Source of the DNA: Phoronis australis
Lineage: Eukaryota > Animalia > Phoronida
Direction: 5' to 3'
Assembly: GCA_002633005.1 (NCBI GenBank)
Contig: NMRA01001184.1
Coordinates: 1-42,250, forward strand
Length of the DNA: 42,250 nucleotides
Positions 38,325-42,250 of this stretch are shown here, piece by piece. Numbering within the stretch: position 1 is the first letter of the stretch; the number at the start of each line of letters is the position of its first letter. The position numbers were made by a program, and so were the translations under genes. Under the pieces are notes generated by a model. That model was not told where the DNA came from. It made no database searches and was given only the letters and a program-made list of their open reading frames with translations.

Positions 38325-40499
38325 TTAGAATCTCAAAACACAGTTGGTAAGTTATATAAAAAATTGAAGAGGCTGGTCGTACACGTACATGTACGTGTTG
38401 TGTCCACCTATGTTGAGCTAACAACTACCGGAGTCCCACAGGTTACATACTTTTGCAGTACGGAAATCCCAGTGCTGTCACAACATTTCAAGATTTGGGA
38501 CTTTAGTTTTCAGGTGCCTCAAGTATGCATTTTGGTATTTCATACCACTAACTTATTTCTCTTCCTGTCACTCAGTGCGCGTGACACAACCAGATCATCT
38601 AGAACTATTGAATTTCGTAGGAGTGACGTCACACTATTCAAGTCTGGGTAGAGTTCAGTACTTTGTCATGCGGATAGAAAAATCAAGCCATGATCACGTG
38701 TTCTCTTTTATAATACACGGCGGTATCTCACGTAATCTCTTGATTTTCAGCAAGGTTCTAGCGTTACTGAACTCTACCCTGGTCTGCCAAATGTGCCTAC
38801 TTGCAGCTTACGAAAGCTTCCCCAGAATATGTAGATTTGCCTCATACTATGATAAATTTATAGATCCTCTGGTTCATGATATAAAGTTGATAGCTCGAAG
38901 TATCAAAATGCTCTTATTTCCGAACAGCTGACTTTAGCGATCAGTGAAACGCCAGAGTCTAGAATGGTAGTTTGAGAATACAGGTAAATTTAGAAAATTT
39001 CATTCCCCTCTCAGGGCCTCCTTCTCGATCTGTCTGGATTGCGGTCACCCAAAACATCCTATAATATTGATGTGTGGTAGATCATCGATGTACATGTATT
39101 GACGATTGAAAAATCCGTAACCTTGTTTTGCGCGAAGAATCCTCAGTAAGTACACTACATACCGACTCACGTGTTTACTATACGACTCACTCACTGTTTG
39201 TAGAGAAGATTTTCGGATAAACGAGAGTTCTTAAACAAAATCTCTTTGTTCTCAAACAACCGCACGGATAATGTGGATGACAAATCCATTGCGATGAAGT
39301 GCGCTGTCGTAAAAAACTACATTTTCCCCGGCCGTCATGACCTGTGGGCTGAGACAGCGTCGGACTCAACCGTGAATATACATGTACATGTATGTATCAG
39401 TCTAACCAATTAAAATATCATTCTTTAATCATAACCCTTAAGCATATTTAGAGAGGCCCTAAAAACTATTTAAGTTTTAAATCATTTTATTTAAGCTATA
39501 CTGCGTCGTCCTCATTATCATATTGTTTGGATTCTCAGGTCTGTGACCCTCTTTGTTTTACGGTCATTGGTTCAATTGTACCACGTGATCTCTTTGTCTT
39601 GTCGCAACACTGGGCCATCGTCCACAATTTTCTCCAACTTTCATTTTTCACTCAGTTTCTCTTTCCCTCCCTCCCTCCAACCAATTTTCATTCTTTCTCT
39701 GTTATCCTCAAATTTCACATGTCACTGTCCCGGTGTTGCTGTTATTCTTCCGCATATTGTTTCGTAACTTACTATTCACCACTTGTGTATAACTTCATTG
39801 GAGGCAGATTGTCACCCACCTTTACAGTTCAACATGTTATATTATTTTTGTAATTACTGATATCTGTAGTAGTTTAGTTTTTCATAATATATACGACCTT
39901 TTATCTCAACTACACGTGTTGTTTCACTGTAAACTAGCTTCGGTATCGCTTCGCAGTTAGCGCATATAAAGATTTTTAAATCGAAAGCATTATGTCATGA
40001 CTCTTTAACCACACGGGTATTGCCACTATAATCTGCTTCAGTGTCATTAACTGGAATGGACTATAGATATCTGTTGTCACTTTATTTCTATCTTTCGTCA
40101 CTGACTCAGTTTTACAGTAAACTAAACACTGAATTTCAAAAATAAATTACGCAAACATTCTCAAGTTTGGGACAGTCGGAGCTTGTCCCAATTTTTAGAA
40201 ATTCATACAATTGTCAGAAATTCAATAATTTTTTAAATGTTTGTCATGAGAGCCACTTTTTGTGAACTTACAAGAGTATTCTTGCAACCTGCTATGCTAC
40301 AGCACAGCGCTAGGGATTTGAAAAGTATGAAAATATAAAATTCACTCACACATCAAATTTCAGGATGAAAAAATTAAATTTCAGCAATTATTTCTGTGTT
40401 TTGAATTATCATCAACTTTGTCACCTTTGCTTAAAACAACTATAAGCTACAGATGTGGCCTAACTCTTGCAACGAAAAATGTTCAAACTTTCACTCTAG

Positions 40500-41240
40500 C
40501 CCGCATGATGACGAATGCAAGCACCAGTCAATAGCCTCTGTACAGCACAGAGTTGAGGGTTTTGGGCAAACATCTAACATGTATCCCATACATTATGGCC
40601 ACATTGAAGTCATTCTTGGTCATACCAATAGTAGTGAATGAAACATACATGTAGTAACAGAAGTGGAAGACAATGTGGACGGTTTAACATTTCTTTCACA
40701 ATTTTCCAAAGAAGCGGCTTGTCATCCAGGTACCTCATGGGAAGTCTAAGTACACTTTTGTCTGACGTCTTGTAAACATCATCCAAAGATGTACTGATTT
40801 TAAACAACAGTTTCCATCAATCTGTTCAATTGAATCTTTAGACATGTTTGAGAGGAAAGGGTTGTTTTTTGATAATCCTCAGATACTGAATGCTCATAGT
40901 CAACTAGGACTCAAAATTTAACAATCTCTTAACTCCTGTTTGCTTCTTCTTAGAAACATATGACGAATCAATTAGTACATGTTTCTGTCGATCTTCAGAC
41001 TGAGCAATGAGATTGCTGACCTCCATTCTTGCTGATTTCTGCAGCTCCGTGAGTTTTAAACAAAACTAAATGCATGATTCGCAGATAAACACAGGCTTGG
41101 TGTCCGGCAAATCATTGTTGAATTTAATGTAAACGATTGCAAAAAAATCCAAGTACCTCTGCTTTAATGCAGCATTTGTTAACTTCGTGTGCGTGAGAGT
41201 CAGAGTATAACAGTTTGCCACATAATATGAAAGTCTTTGA
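40500..41240 (-). pseudogene. Decayed Cys-rich zinc-finger coding fragment (probable DNA-transposon N-terminal region)
   Basis: FILCGKLLYSDSHAHEVNKCCIKAEVLGFF/IKFNNDLPDTKPVFICESC (one frameshift), then LTELQKSARMEVSNLIAQSEDRQK and a possible eroded RING (LLWKIVKEMLNRP...LQCGHNVWDTC). Confidence 0.35.
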
Positions 41241-42162
41241 TCTTACCTTCTTCAGTGAAGTATTACAGTTCATCATCTAAAATTAAATTAAATAACAAAG
41301 GCTTTCAATTTTTACTAGCACGACTGATATGTCACCTAGAATTATTTGTTTTCCAGTGGGTTGACAGCTGCAAAATTTTAGTCACTGATCAATTTTAATA
41401 CTGCAGATGGGAAAAGAATATAAAGAAAGGGTGTCGAAAATAAGAATTTATGTAGTAAGTATTTTCGGATACTGGAACCACATGGGCAGTTTGTAACAAG
41501 GACTTTAAGCTGTTGAAGAAATTCTATAGTTACAGAATTACAAAATAGGACTCTGCTCGGATACAATGGATAACGAGTTTCATCCACTGATAGAAACATG
41601 CGCTGGAAGATTTAAGGCGAATTATGCCTCACACTGGCGAGCGTGGTAAAAATAGGAGGGCGCGCAGTGTAAAACTGGTCAGTTGGAGATTTGGACAACT
41701 GAACGAAGGACTGATCGAAGAAAAAGTTTGATTACGGGAGTATTTGTTTGAGTTGGAAGAAATTAAAGGCATCAATGGGCATTTAAAGTGTCCATACAAT
41801 ATATGCGCATGTATTAATCAGAGTGAGGCATAATTCACCAAAAATCTTTCAATGTATGAAACTCCTAGGGGAGCTTCACTGCCTCTACTGGGGCCAGCTA
41901 GAGATGGTAGTCATTGTCTAATTAAGTGAATAAAAAGCATGAAGTGAACTACTTTCGCGCAGTCTCATACACTACATTTGAATAAGATAATACACGCAGT
42001 GTTGGCTTACGTAGTAAACAATGGTGCCGCCCCTGGTGAAGCCAGCCTACCTCTCAGGAACGTTACAACCTCGCTAAAAAGCAAGACTTAGCGAGACTAC
42101 GTGAGAATGAGATATTGCCGTGTAATTTGAAAGAGAACACTTGACCTTGTCTAGATTTCAGC

Positions 42163-42250
42163 TAGGTCCTAGCGTAGGTCCTAGCGTAGGTCCTAGCGTA
42201 CATGTAGGTCCTAGCGTAGGTCCTAGCGTAGGTCCTAGCGTAGGTCCTAG
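42163..42250. repeat. 12-bp minisatellite (taggtcctagcg)n running off the window
   Basis: About 7 exact units, with one junction interrupted by an extra catgta (tacatgta at 42199-42206). Confidence 0.95.

Larger units (their letters stand above)
33011..39380 (+). repeat. ~6.4-kb direct segmental repeat, copy 2 (partner 4590-11050)
   Basis: See partner. Confidence 0.93.

Noticed and set aside
40590-40670. YVSFTTIG resembling a K+ channel pore motif on the minus strand
   Set aside because: No G(Y/F)G filter and no flanking transmembrane helices; likely chance.

Overview
Repeat-rich eukaryotic DNA with spliceosomal GT-AG introns, probably from a marine invertebrate (inferred from the transposon content and TACATGTA enrichment). 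It has a 583-N gap and three single-N joins. Almost all ORFs in the supplied track are noise. The core is an alternating-orientation array of three copies of a small secreted four-EF-hand gene. Copy A (+) has exons 3-4 in the window. Copy B (-) has a signal-peptide exon plus three EF-hand exons, all in frame. Copy C (+) is a doubly deleted pseudogene. A/B form a long convergent inverted duplication, B/C a divergent inverted duplication, and A/C share a ~6.4-kb direct repeat. That repeat carries a decayed intronless protein kinase, recognisable only by combining both copies, and a LINE RT fragment. Inserted elements are a hAT (PRKRIR/ZMYM1-like) transposon with a 5-bp TSD and a related non-autonomous element, a Kolobok-like THAP element spanning the gap, a degraded L1/Tx1 LINE and several MITEs. 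The most striking pattern is that paralogous copies repeatedly differ by TA -> TACATGTA insertions, and two rearrangement junctions are filled with the same motif.
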